The notes beneath the pieces are model-generated. The model did not search any database. It was not told the DNA's origin and saw only the letters and a list, made by a program, of their open reading frames with translations. Shown piece after piece: positions 18,922 to 28,992 of a stretch of DNA of 64,000 nucleotides. The stretch is taken from NCBI GenBank assembly GCA_963674755.2, contig CAXXVS010000003.1, positions 1,152,001 to 1,216,000 on the forward strand, read 5' to 3'. Every line of letters starts with the position of its first letter. Position 1 is the first letter of the stretch. Origin of the DNA: Desulfobacterales bacterium. GTDB taxonomy: Bacteria > Desulfobacterota > Desulfobacteria > Desulfobacterales > UBA5852. A program made the translations under genes and the position numbers.

Positions 18922-21687
18922 TCATTCGGCCGGCAGGCCGGGAATGACGGGCGGCGTCTGCGTAGGGGTATCGGAAGCGCCGCCGGTGGAGGGAGGGGTC
19001 GCCGGCGGGTGGCCGGCCGTTTCCGGCCCTGTCGCGGGAGGCGGCGTTTGGGGTGATTCGGAGCCCGGCATCGGGTGGGCGGTAGCTTTTTCCTCCTCCT
19101 GCTGCGTGACCCGTTGTTGCAGGGCGAGGTAGGCCTCATCGATCGATTTTTCCATCACCACCACCGATCCCTCGCTCATGATAATGCGCTGCAGCTCGGG
19201 GATTTTGACCCGCGAGGTGGCCCTGAGATAGACGGGCTGGATGAACAAAACGCTGTGCCCCACCGGCAGGATAATCATCTTCCCGCGCACGATCTGGGAG
19301 CCGGCCTGGTCCCAGAGGGTGAACTGCTCGGCGATGTCCGGATCCTGGTTGATGAGGGCGTTGATCTGGGCCGGTCCGAATACCAACTGGCCTTTGGGGA
19401 AGTTATAGATCACGCGTTTCCCGTAGCTTTCCGGATCGCATCCGGCGATGGTCATGGCGCGCAGGTTGTCGCGGTTTTTGGGGTACATGGGCAGCAGCAG
19501 CATGAAATCCATACGGCCGGGTTTGAACAGGTCCAAGGTGACGTAATAGGGCCGCAGGGGCAGGGTGTTGTTCTCCCCCAAGGCGGTCGGGAACGACCAG
19601 AGGTCCTCCTGCTGATAGTACACCCGGACGTTTTGCTGGTGGTACTTGGCATAGATCTGCATCTGGACGGTGAAAAAGTCTTTAGGATAGCGCAGGTGGG
19701 CGCGGAGTTCCCGGGAAAGGGCGTCCAGGGGCTTGAAAAGTCCGGGATAGATGCGGTTGTAGGTCTTGATGATGGGATCGTTCGGATCGTTGATGTAGAA
19801 ATCGACCGTGCCGTTGAAGGCGTCCACGATGATTTTGACGGAATTGCGGATATAGTTGAACCTCCGGTCGCCCAGGGTTTGGGGGGCGGCGGCCGGATAG
19901 TTCGGACTGGTGGTGTAGGCATCCACGATCCAGTAAATGCCCTGGGACGTCGTGGCCGCATAGGGAATGCTGTCCAATTGCAGGAAGGGCACCAGATAGC
20001 GGATGCGGTCGACGATGTTGCGCCGTATGAGCAGGCGGCTGTCCGGCGTAATTTTGGTGGAGAAGAAGACATATTTGTTCTTCAGGTAATAGGCGAACAG
20101 GAACTTGCGCAACAGCGACGAGATGGGCACGCCGCCCCGGCCGTCATAACGGGTCAGGACGTTGCTGTTGCCCTGGGGATAGTCCATCTCCCCGGAGCCG
20201 TTGGGCGCGATGCTGTACCGGTACTTTCCCAGGCCGTAGTAAATCCGCGGCTGTTTCGGGACCAGCCCGTAGGCGGATTTCGGTGGAATATCATACAGGT
20301 ACCAGGTCATGCCGCTGCCGCTGGTCTGGCTGGCCGGGGCCATGACGGCACCGAAGCCGTGGGTGTAAGTGAGATGCTCGTTGATCCAGTTGTGCGCCTG
20401 GCCGGGGAGGCGCGTGAACTCGAGTTCCCGCGGCGCCAGGTAGACCTGCTGCTCGTGGTCTTCAAGCGTGTAGCGCCCCACATTGACCTTGGGGAAATAG
20501 TAATAGGTGCGCAATTCCTGAAGCTGCTGGAAGACTTCCACGAGGGACTCGGCGTCCCAGACCGGAATGTTGCGCAGCACACGCTCCACCTGGGGGGTGG
20601 CCCCGCTTGAAGGAAACCGCTGGTAGGAGAAGTCCCGGATTTCCATGTCGGTGAGCTGATAGGCGTTCAGCGTGGCCTGGATGTGATCGGTGATATAGGG
20701 CCCCTCCTTTGAGATCTCATTGGGCAGGACCACCAGGGTCTGGACCAAGCGTGGCAGGGCTGGTGTGTAGCGCAGGGCCAGCGCCACGCCGAACAGGACG
20801 AACACGGCGATGCCGGATTTAGAGCGTTTGCCCCGCTGGACCATGACCAGCAGCATCACCCCGGCCAGGGCCAGGAGCACCATGCAGGCCCAGATCAGGG
20901 GCAGGACGATCCGCATCTCGACATATCCGGGGCCGTAGATCAGGGGCTGGTGGGAGGTCCCATACAGCAGGTCGTAGCGCTGCAGCATGAATTCCCAGAC
21001 CCCCAGACCGAAAAGGGCCAGCACGAGCAGACTCAAATGCCAACGGGCGCCGCGCCGGAAAGCGAACAGGGCGCGCCCCTGGACACGGTTTTTGGATATG
21101 TAGAGCAGCATGAGGCTGACGGTCAGCACCAGCAGCGCGATGAGCAGGCGGCGCTGGAGAAGCCGGTAGATGGGGAAGGAGAAGAGATAGAAGGAGACAT
21201 CCCGACCCAGAAAGGGGTCGGCCACCCCCATGTTGGGGCCGAAGATGTAGAAGAGGAACGCCTCCCAGCGGGTGAAGAGCGGCAGGGCGATGAGCACGCC
21301 CAAAACCAGGGAGAGCGGGCCGTAAAACCAGATGGTCCCGGTTTGGAAAGCGTGTCGCAGCCGGCGGCGCCGGGTGCGGTCCGTAGCCGGATCAGGCGAT
21401 TTGTCGGCGGGGGCGTCCGTCTTGAGAAAGCGTGCGGCCATCCAGAAGTTGAGAAAGAACACTAAGAAGAACACCAGCAGGACGGCGGCGAAAACCGCGT
21501 ACTGGTAGAGATGGCGCATCCAGAAATACAGACCGTAGCCCAGGTTGTCGAACCACAGGATATCGACGAAGAGGTCCGTCCACATGGTTACGGCGCCGAC
21601 GATCAGCAGCACCAGCAGGGCCGCTGCCCCAATGCCGATCAGCAGACGCAAGATCCATTTCCGTTTCGCGGGGTGTTCGTTTTTCAT
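18922..21687 (-). CDS. UPF0182 family membrane protein
   Basis: LWFDNLGY, WINEHLTYTHG, YWIVDAYT, NYIRNSVK, QPVYL, PELQRII. Confidence 0.92.
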   Translation of the reverse strand: MKNEHPAKRKWILRLLIGIGAAALLVLLIVGAVTMWTDLFVDILWFDNLGYGLYFWMRHLYQYAVFAAVLLVFFLVFFLNFWMAARFLKTDAPADKSPDPATDRTRRRRLRHAFQTGTIWFYGPLSLVLGVLIALPLFTRWEAFLFYIFGPNMGVADPFLGRDVSFYLFSFPIYRLLQRRLLIALLVLTVSLMLLYISKNRVQGRALFAFRRGARWHLSLLVLALFGLGVWEFMLQRYDLLYGTSHQPLIYGPGYVEMRIVLPLIWACMVLLALAGVMLLVMVQRGKRSKSGIAVFVLFGVALALRYTPALPRLVQTLVVLPNEISKEGPYITDHIQATLNAYQLTDMEIRDFSYQRFPSSGATPQVERVLRNIPVWDAESLVEVFQQLQELRTYYYFPKVNVGRYTLEDHEQQVYLAPRELEFTRLPGQAHNWINEHLTYTHGFGAVMAPASQTSGSGMTWYLYDIPPKSAYGLVPKQPRIYYGLGKYRYSIAPNGSGEMDYPQGNSNVLTRYDGRGGVPISSLLRKFLFAYYLKNKYVFFSTKITPDSRLLIRRNIVDRIRYLVPFLQLDSIPYAATTSQGIYWIVDAYTTSPNYPAAAPQTLGDRRFNYIRNSVKIIVDAFNGTVDFYINDPNDPIIKTYNRIYPGLFKPLDALSRELRAHLRYPKDFFTVQMQIYAKYHQQNVRVYYQQEDLWSFPTALGENNTLPLRPYYVTLDLFKPGRMDFMLLLPMYPKNRDNLRAMTIAGCDPESYGKRVIYNFPKGQLVFGPAQINALINQDPDIAEQFTLWDQAGSQIVRGKMIILPVGHSVLFIQPVYLRATSRVKIPELQRIIMSEGSVVVMEKSIDEAYLALQQRVTQQEEEKATAHPMPGSESPQTPPPATGPETAGHPPATPPSTGGASDTPTQTPPVIPGLPAE

Positions 21688-22013
21688 CAGAGGCTGCCAC
21701 TTTCTGCCGGACGGTTTTTACAAGGTTTTTCAAAACCCCATCAAACATGCGATGGCGGCGTTGCCGCCTTCTTCAGGCAGCGGCGCAGGCCGATCCCGGT
21801 CGTGTTGGCGCTTCGCGACCACCGCTCGGGGCGCCCCCCCCCAGGCGGGGCGATCCGTGAATGACGCCGCTTCGGGGGGAGCCACGCATTGGCCTTGTAT
21901 TATAGGTGCTATAGTCGTGAACACCAATCAGTGCAAGTATGTATTTCCTGCCGCCAGGCCGTACCGTCCGGGCCATGGCTGAAGATTTGCGGGGCCATCC
22001 GCCAACGGCGGGC

Positions 22014-25000
22014 TCAGTCCGCGGGAAAGGGGGCAATGGCCTTGAGCAGCTCGGCTGAAGAAGCGCTCTTGCTGAGAAAACTTTCGGCGCCGGCTTTGCG
22101 CATCAGGATGCCGATCTGGTCGTCCTCGTGCATCGACAACCCGATGATGCGGATCTCCGGCATCTCGGCCTTGATCCGGCGGGTGGCCTCGATGCCGTCC
22201 ATTTTGGGCATGGAAACATCCATGATGATCAGATCCGGCCGCAATTCACGGGCCAGATCGATGGCCTGCTGCCCGTCGGCGGCTTCCCCTACCACGGCGA
22301 TGCCCGCTTGGCCGGCCAACAAGCCGGTCAGTCCCTGGCGCATGACCTGATGGTCGTCCACCAGCAGCACACGCAGGCCCGTCTCCGTCCCGGTGGATGA
22401 CAGCGGCGGGCGGTCAGGGGCCTCCCGGGGGGCGGTCGCCGGGTCGGCGGTCGACGATGTCGGGCTGGTGTTCAGTTCATAAGGAATGATCAGCGTGATG
22501 AAGCTGCCCCGACCCGGATTGCTTTGGATCTTCAAGCTGCCGCCGATGGAGCGGGCCCGCTCCACCAGACTCAACAGACCGAACCCCTTGGGTTCGGTCG
22601 TGTTGATGACGCTTTGCGTATCGAACCCCCGGCCGTCGTCCCGCACGGTGGCGAACATGTGGTTCCGGCCGCCGCCCACGGTAACGCGGGCCTCTTTGGC
22701 CCGGGCGTGTTTGACGACGTTGAACAGGAGTTCCTGAATGGCGCGGAACACGAACACGTTTAGCGGGGGACTGCCCAGTTCGTTGGGCGTCTTGACGTCC
22801 AGATGGACGGTCAGGTCGAATTGTTCCTTCATCTGACCGCCCAGCCATGTCAGGGTGGGCACCAGACCGGCGTGGTTCAACATGGGGGGACTCAATTCGA
22901 CCGACAAGTTGCGGGCCTGGTCGATCGCTTCCTTCAGGAGCGCTTCCACGTTGGCGAGCCTGTCATCGGGGGGCAGGTCAGCCGCTGTATGCTGAAGTTG
23001 CATACGGGCGCTGGCCAGTAGTTGTTGCAGGTCGTCGTGCAGCAACTCGGCCACGCGGCGCCGCTCCCGTTCTTCGGCTTCGATGAGCTCCACGGAGAGG
23101 GCTTGCAGCTGGCGGGCGCGGTTTTCGGCCAGGGCCGTGCGCTCGGCGACCTGCTCCTCGAGGGACTCCTTGAGGGCCAGCAAGGCCTCTTCCATGCGCT
23201 TGCGTTCGGTGATGTCGCTGCCCACGGCCAGAATTCCGGTCACCTGGCCGTCGGCGTCCAAAATCGGCTTGTTGGTCCAGGTCATCCAGACCCGCCGGCC
23301 GTCCCGGCAGACGTTTTCGTTGACATAGTTCATGAAACGTTCGGGGTGGGCCACAATATCCGCTACCAGCCCGCTTACCTCCGGGCCGGATGTATCCTGC
23401 TCCGGCAACAGGATGCTGACATGTTTACCGATGATTTCGTCGGCCGAATAGCCGAAGAAACGCTGGGCGAATTCATTGAAAAAGGTCAGATGTCCGTTTT
23501 TCTTCCAGCGAATGATAGCGCTGTTGGCATTTTGTACGAGGTCCCGGTAGTTGGCTTCGCTGGCTTTCAGTTTTTCCTGGTCCTGGCGGTGTTCGGTTTC
23601 GTCCCGCAGCACCAAGCCGACACGCCCGTCGTTCAGGCTGTAGACGGAGAGCACGATGTCTTTGCCGAGCGTCTCGAAGCGGATCTCGAATTGCTCCGGT
23701 TTGCCGCCGTGATCGATGGCCTCGAAGCGTTGGAGCAGATCCTCGGTCACCAGTTCGTCAAGACCGGCCGATCCGGCCCGTAAGGGCAGGGCATGATCCT
23801 CGATGCCGATCAAGGACAGCATGGCCGGGTTGGCCTGCTGGATGATCAGGTCGGTGGGCTGGCCCTGGGGGCCATGCTCGATTCCGCAGGTCATCAGGGC
23901 CGCATTCATGTTGTTCACCAGCAGCCGGTAGCGTTCTTCGCTGGATTTGAACTCGGCCAAAAGCTCGTTGGCCTCCTCCGATTTGGCGCGCAGCTCGTCG
24001 TTGACCGTGTTGAGTTCCTCGTTGGAGGCCTGCAGCTCCTCATTGCTCGTTTCCAGCTCTTCGTTGGAGGCCTGCAACTCTTCGTTGGCCGACTGCAGTT
24101 CCTCGTTGAGGGACTGCAGCTCCTCGGAGCTGGTTTCCAGTTCCTCCACCGTATCCTGGAGATGTTCCCGCGTGACCTCGAGCTCCTGCTCCAGTTCGCG
24201 GATCCGTTCGTATTCGACATCCCCGAACGGTCCCTTGCTGTGAGCGGCGGGCTTGGGCACCTCCACGGGCGTAAACACGATCAGGCGATTCGCCGTGGCA
24301 CTGCCGATCTGAGCCGGGCCGACGCGGATCAGGACGCCGCTCGCGCCGTCGTTCAGGGCGATCCGGTTGCTGGTCAGGGTGCGCTTTTCTTTGCCGACCT
24401 TGTGCAGCATGGATTGCAGCACGTAGCGGATTTCCGGTCGGGCCACATCGAGCAGATTGAGGGACTCTCGGATGCTGCCCTGGGGAAAACGGCAATAGGT
24501 GCCCACATCGCCGCGGATGTAAAGGATGTTGGCATTTTCGTCCGCCAGCACGGTGCAGCCGCTCAGCAGGTCGAGCAGTGCGTCGAACAAAAAGGCTTCT
24601 TTCTGATCGCTGGTTTTCCGGCGTTTGCGGAGGTCGGCCCGGTGGTTGCTCAGCTGGGCCATATGGCGGTTTTGCATCAGCCGGGGGAAACGCGTGCTCT
24701 GGCTTTCCTTGCGCCGGTAGATTTTCCATTTGTTGTCCACCGTTTTGAAGAGATCCAGGCGTTTGTTGATGGACTCGGATTTGCCCAGAAAGAGGAGCCC
24801 GTTGGGGTTCAGGCTGAATTGGAACAGGGCGAGCAGTTTATCCTGCAGCTCCGAGTTGAGGTAGATCATCATATTGCGGCAGCTGATGAGGTCCAGGTGC
24901 AGAAAAGGGGTATCTTTGATCAGGTCCTGCTGGGCCAGGACGACCATGTCGCGGATCTTCTTTTTGATCTTGACGGTGTTGTCGTGATGGGAAAAGTATT

Positions 25001-26195
25001 TTTCGAAGCGCCGGCCTTCGGTTTCCATGACCGTGGCCAGGGGGTAGAAGCCCTTGCGCGCCAGCTGGATGGCCTCTTCGTCGAGGTCGGTGGCGAAGAT
25101 TTGGGGGCGGTATTTGTTCACGTCGTCCCCCAGGATTTCCGTCACCAGGATGGCGATGGTGAAGGCCTCCTCGCCCGTGGCGCACCCCGGCACCCAGGCC
25201 CGGAAAGCGTCCCCCGGGGTTTTGTTCGCCAGAAGCTCGCGAAGGTGCTCGGCCAGCGCTTCGAAGGCCTGGGCATCGCGGAAGAAGCTGGTGACGGATA
25301 TCAGGAGGTCTTTCTTCAGGACGGCGACTTCCTCGGGGTGTGACTGAATATAGGTCACGTAGTCGCGCAGATTGTCGAGTTTGTGGATCACCATGCGCCG
25401 GCTGATGCGCCGCTGGATGGTGGTGGGCTTGTAGTCGCCGAAGTCGACCCCGGTATGCTGGTGGAGCATCTCCAGAATGGTGCCGATCTCATCGGCGTGC
25501 ATGTCCGGCGCTTTGACAATCAAGTGGGGGTATTTGAGCGCATTTTCGATTTCCGGGCCGATGTCTTCAGGGGGCAGGACCAAGTCCACCAGGCCGGTGT
25601 TGACCGCCGCCTGGGGCATGCCGTCGAATTTGGCGGTGCCGGCGCTTTGGGCCATGGTAATGCCGTCGTTCGATTTGATGGCCCGAATGCCGTGCGCGCC
25701 GTCGGTACCGGTGCCCGAGAGAACGATTCCCACGGCGCGGGCCCCCATTTCCTCGGCCAGGGAAATGAAGAAATAGTCCACCGAGGGACGCGGTCCGATG
25801 GCGGCGGGGGTACTGAGATGCAGGCGCTGACCGGAGAGGGTCACGTCGCGGTTGGGCGGGGTGATATAGATCGTGTCCGGCCGGACCGGCATGCCGTCGC
25901 GGATGGTTTCCACGGCCATCTCGGTGTGTTTGGCGAGCAGGGAGGAGAGCAGACTGCGGTGTTTGGGCGCCAGATGCTGGACAATGATGTAGGCCATACC
26001 GGCTTTAGCGGGCAGCCCCGGCAGGACCCGTTGCAGGGCATCCAGTCCGCCGGCCGAGGCGCCGATGCCGACCACGATCAGGTCTTTTCCGGTGGTCATG
26101 TGCCGGGCCGCTTCATTTCCGGTTTTTTGGAGCGCGTCTTTCGTGGCGGGTGGGGGTTGCTGATCCGGGGCACTGGGTTTGTCAGTATCGTTCAT
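22014..26195 (-). CDS. CheB/CheR fusion with PAS, HisKA_3 kinase and receiver domains
   Basis: GASAGG, LSGTGTDG, WVPGCATGEEA, ISCRN, ELQSxNEE coil, ELLHDDLQQ, DDGRGF, LIIMDVSMP. Confidence 0.93.
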   Translation of the reverse strand: MNDTDKPSAPDQQPPPATKDALQKTGNEAARHMTTGKDLIVVGIGASAGGLDALQRVLPGLPAKAGMAYIIVQHLAPKHRSLLSSLLAKHTEMAVETIRDGMPVRPDTIYITPPNRDVTLSGQRLHLSTPAAIGPRPSVDYFFISLAEEMGARAVGIVLSGTGTDGAHGIRAIKSNDGITMAQSAGTAKFDGMPQAAVNTGLVDLVLPPEDIGPEIENALKYPHLIVKAPDMHADEIGTILEMLHQHTGVDFGDYKPTTIQRRISRRMVIHKLDNLRDYVTYIQSHPEEVAVLKKDLLISVTSFFRDAQAFEALAEHLRELLANKTPGDAFRAWVPGCATGEEAFTIAILVTEILGDDVNKYRPQIFATDLDEEAIQLARKGFYPLATVMETEGRRFEKYFSHHDNTVKIKKKIRDMVVLAQQDLIKDTPFLHLDLISCRNMMIYLNSELQDKLLALFQFSLNPNGLLFLGKSESINKRLDLFKTVDNKWKIYRRKESQSTRFPRLMQNRHMAQLSNHRADLRKRRKTSDQKEAFLFDALLDLLSGCTVLADENANILYIRGDVGTYCRFPQGSIRESLNLLDVARPEIRYVLQSMLHKVGKEKRTLTSNRIALNDGASGVLIRVGPAQIGSATANRLIVFTPVEVPKPAAHSKGPFGDVEYERIRELEQELEVTREHLQDTVEELETSSEELQSLNEELQSANEELQASNEELETSNEELQASNEELNTVNDELRAKSEEANELLAEFKSSEERYRLLVNNMNAALMTCGIEHGPQGQPTDLIIQQANPAMLSLIGIEDHALPLRAGSAGLDELVTEDLLQRFEAIDHGGKPEQFEIRFETLGKDIVLSVYSLNDGRVGLVLRDETEHRQDQEKLKASEANYRDLVQNANSAIIRWKKNGHLTFFNEFAQRFFGYSADEIIGKHVSILLPEQDTSGPEVSGLVADIVAHPERFMNYVNENVCRDGRRVWMTWTNKPILDADGQVTGILAVGSDITERKRMEEALLALKESLEEQVAERTALAENRARQLQALSVELIEAEERERRRVAELLHDDLQQLLASARMQLQHTAADLPPDDRLANVEALLKEAIDQARNLSVELSPPMLNHAGLVPTLTWLGGQMKEQFDLTVHLDVKTPNELGSPPLNVFVFRAIQELLFNVVKHARAKEARVTVGGGRNHMFATVRDDGRGFDTQSVINTTEPKGFGLLSLVERARSIGGSLKIQSNPGRGSFITLIIPYELNTSPTSSTADPATAPREAPDRPPLSSTGTETGLRVLLVDDHQVMRQGLTGLLAGQAGIAVVGEAADGQQAIDLARELRPDLIIMDVSMPKMDGIEATRRIKAEMPEIRIIGLSMHEDDQIGILMRKAGAESFLSKSASSAELLKAIAPFPAD

Positions 26196-26502
26196 CGGGT
26201 CCGCTCCAGGGCACCAGACAGACCGCCTGGGCGGCGGCAGTCCGGCGATTATCGGGGTTGCGAACGGTCAGGGCAAGAACCGCTCCCTATGTGGTCCGTC
26301 GTGCATATCTTCAACGTGAACGGGGATTATAAATTATCCTTGGCGAGGAATCAAATGATGTGGACGTGAGGCGTCGGTGAGCTGCCGGGTTTTGCCGTCA
26401 AATCGCGTCGGCCAGCCGTATAGGGGGTAACCAGACGAATCGATTCGCGCAACGCAGCCATTTTCCGCTTTGGCAGGCACGCCGCACAACGGGGTATCCG
26501 CC

Positions 26503-26688
26503 TTATCCGGTGATCCCATCCATAGTATCACAGGGAACACGCGTTGCCGGGTGGCGGCGGATAACCCGGCCGGCATCCTCCGTCACGGCGACAATCTCGA
26601 CGGGGCATTCGGGAAAGACCCGTTGCAGGCGTTCCAGGAGTCCGGCATCCACGCGGTCCGGATCGGTCAACAACACGATGCGCTTCAT
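26503..26688 (-). CDS. Small hypothetical protein
   Basis: 61-aa ORF directly downstream of the receiver gene. Confidence 0.5.
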   Translation of the reverse strand: MKRIVLLTDPDRVDAGLLERLQRVFPECPVEIVAVTEDAGRVIRRHPATRVPCDTMDGITG

Positions 26689-26703
26689 CTACGGCCTTCC
26701 GGG

Positions 26704-27183
26704 TTAAAGGGTGATGGTGATCGCTGCGGCCGCCGCCTCGGTCGTGATCAATGCGGCCACGGTCTTCAACAAGGTATCGAAGTCGAACGGCTTGGCGAGG
26801 ACGGCCTGGGCCGGACCGTGGCCGTTAACCATGTCCCGGACCGCCGCCTCGATTGCGCCGGTGATGAGCACCACCGGGGTTTCCGGCGACAGGGCCTTGA
26901 TGCGCGCCATGAGCGCCGCTCCGTCCATTACCGGCATCTGCAGGTCGGTGATGACCAGATCGTAGGAGGCCCGGCGGAACATCCGCCATGCCTGGCGGCC
27001 GTTTTCCGCCAGGGAGACCTCGTAGCCATGGCGCTGGAGATAAAGGGATATCAAGCGGCGCAGTTCGGGGTTGTCGTCCACCGCCAGCACCCGCCGGCGA
27101 TGGATAGCGTCGCAATGGTTGCTCGCCGGCGCCATCGCGGAAGTAACTGCACTGGGGGATTTACGGCGGCTGTGATGTTTCAT
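26704..27183 (-). CDS. Single-domain response regulator
   Basis: VLAVDD, DLVITDLQMP, LITG, KPF. Confidence 0.88.
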   Translation of the reverse strand: MKHHSRRKSPSAVTSAMAPASNHCDAIHRRRVLAVDDNPELRRLISLYLQRHGYEVSLAENGRQAWRMFRRASYDLVITDLQMPVMDGAALMARIKALSPETPVVLITGAIEAAVRDMVNGHGPAQAVLAKPFDFDTLLKTVAALITTEAAAAAITITL

Positions 27184-27488
27184 GGACGCATTCCTTGCGT
27201 GTTTCCGGGCCTGACGTCTTGGCAGTGGCCGGTGTCTTCGGAGGGGGGAGTGCCGCTGCGCGACCGGCCGTTTGCGCTTCTACGCTTCTATAAAATCTGT
27301 ATCGGACAATTCGGTCCGGGAGACAATGGGGGCGATACCTTATCGGATTTGGAAATGGCCTGTAGTCAGGTTAAGGGTGGATCGGAGAGGGCAAATTCGT
27401 TCGCCGGGACAGGCCGGTCCGCCATGTCCACCATCAAGGGGGGAGGGCGCGGCCGCCCGCAACGCTATCCGCCGGCAACGGGAAGGGG

Positions 27489-28793
27489 TCAGGAGGTGCC
27501 TATCACGCCCGTGCGCCGCCCTGCATAGGCGTCGAAGCCCAGCACGTCCTGTCCGTCATGGGGCAATATCAGGCAGACGGTGGTGCCCCCGCCCGGGCAC
27601 GAGTCGATGGTGAGGCGCCCGCCCGCCATGGCGGCCCGGTCGCGCATGCCCTGGAGACCGAAGCCGGTCAGGGCATCGCCGCCGTTGGTGGCATCCTGAA
27701 GGCGGAAGCCGCGTCCGTCGTCAGCGATGCACAGACGGATTTCCCGGGGTATCGAGATCAGGTGCACCTGGATATTTTCGGCCCCGCTGTGCTTGAGGGC
27801 GTTGTTGACGGCTTCTTGCAGCACCCGGTAGATGATGATCTTGGCCGGCTCGGGGATGTCGGTTTCGGCCGCTTGGATGTGGGTGCCGATGTGGATGCCG
27901 GCATACATTTCACCGCTGTTGCGGCAGTACCAATCGATGGTGGCCAGCAGCCCCAGGTCGTCCAGCGTGGAGGGCCGCAGACTGGCGGAGATCCGACGCA
28001 CCTCCTTGATGGTGTCGTTGAGGTGGGTCACCACTTTTTCAAAGGGAAAGATGGCCTTGGGGGGAGAATCGCCCATGTGAACGAGCCGGCCCTCGATGGC
28101 GTATTTGATGGCCGCCAGGCTGGCACCGATGCTGTCATGGAGCTCCTTGGAGATCTGTCGGCGCTCGTTCTCCTGGGTGTCGACAATTTTGAGAGTCAGG
28201 GCGCGTAAGGCCTGCTGGGATTCGCGCAGGGCTTTTTCGATATCTTTGCGTTCGTAGACTTCCGCCTGGAGGGCCTCCACCGTCAGGGCCAGCTCCCGGG
28301 TGCGCTTGGTGACCATGTCCTCCAAGGCATCGTGGGCCTGCTTCAGCTGGATCTGGGCCTGGCGGTGCGCCCGGCGGACGTCGTGCCGCCGCTTGACGTT
28401 CAACAGCTTGATGGGCAGGAGTTTGAGGTAGCCCTGGTTGGGATCTTTGATGATGTAGTCGTCCATGCCGGCCTGGAGGGCCTGTACGGCCAGAAGCTCC
28501 GAACCGGCGCCGGTCAACATGACCGCCGGTGGCAGATCGTTCTTTTGCCGCAAGACGCGGTAGGTATCCAGACCGTTCATACCCGGCAGGTTGTGGTCCA
28601 GCACCACGATGTCGAAGGCCTCACTGCCGGCCGCTATGGCGGCCGACATATCTTCACCGCGCCGGCAGATGGACAGCTCGAAGGGGATATTCATCTTGTC
28701 GATGGCCCGGCGAAAGGCCAACTGGTCGTGTTCGCTGTCTTCCACCAGCAGAATCCGCAGCGGGGTGGGCGGCGTTTGCGATTTCTGATTCAT
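27489..28793 (-). CDS. Receiver-HisKA_3 histidine kinase
   Basis: ILLVED, LDHNLP, ELHDSIG, QEAVNNALKH, DDGRGF. Confidence 0.92.
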   Translation of the reverse strand: MNQKSQTPPTPLRILLVEDSEHDQLAFRRAIDKMNIPFELSICRRGEDMSAAIAAGSEAFDIVVLDHNLPGMNGLDTYRVLRQKNDLPPAVMLTGAGSELLAVQALQAGMDDYIIKDPNQGYLKLLPIKLLNVKRRHDVRRAHRQAQIQLKQAHDALEDMVTKRTRELALTVEALQAEVYERKDIEKALRESQQALRALTLKIVDTQENERRQISKELHDSIGASLAAIKYAIEGRLVHMGDSPPKAIFPFEKVVTHLNDTIKEVRRISASLRPSTLDDLGLLATIDWYCRNSGEMYAGIHIGTHIQAAETDIPEPAKIIIYRVLQEAVNNALKHSGAENIQVHLISIPREIRLCIADDGRGFRLQDATNGGDALTGFGLQGMRDRAAMAGGRLTIDSCPGGGTTVCLILPHDGQDVLGFDAYAGRRTGVIGTS

Positions 28794-28992
28794 GCGAGCT
28801 TCTCCTGGTTGCTTAAGCGCCTGGGAGCCGTCGGTGAAGAGGGTGGCGGCCGGCGTTTTGACCTGCTCCGTTGCCGTGGTCGTGATCGCCGACGGAAGCG
28901 TCTTTTATAATAACGTCAACGGCCTTCGCTGGTTACAACGACCACTGCTTCGCTTGCGCCCTGCGCACAACGACAACGAAGCCGCCCGTTGG

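Noticed and set aside
23990..24150. 21-bp periodic repeats resembling an array
   Set aside because: They encode the ELQSxNEE coiled coil of the CheB/CheR protein; no unique spacers, so not CRISPR
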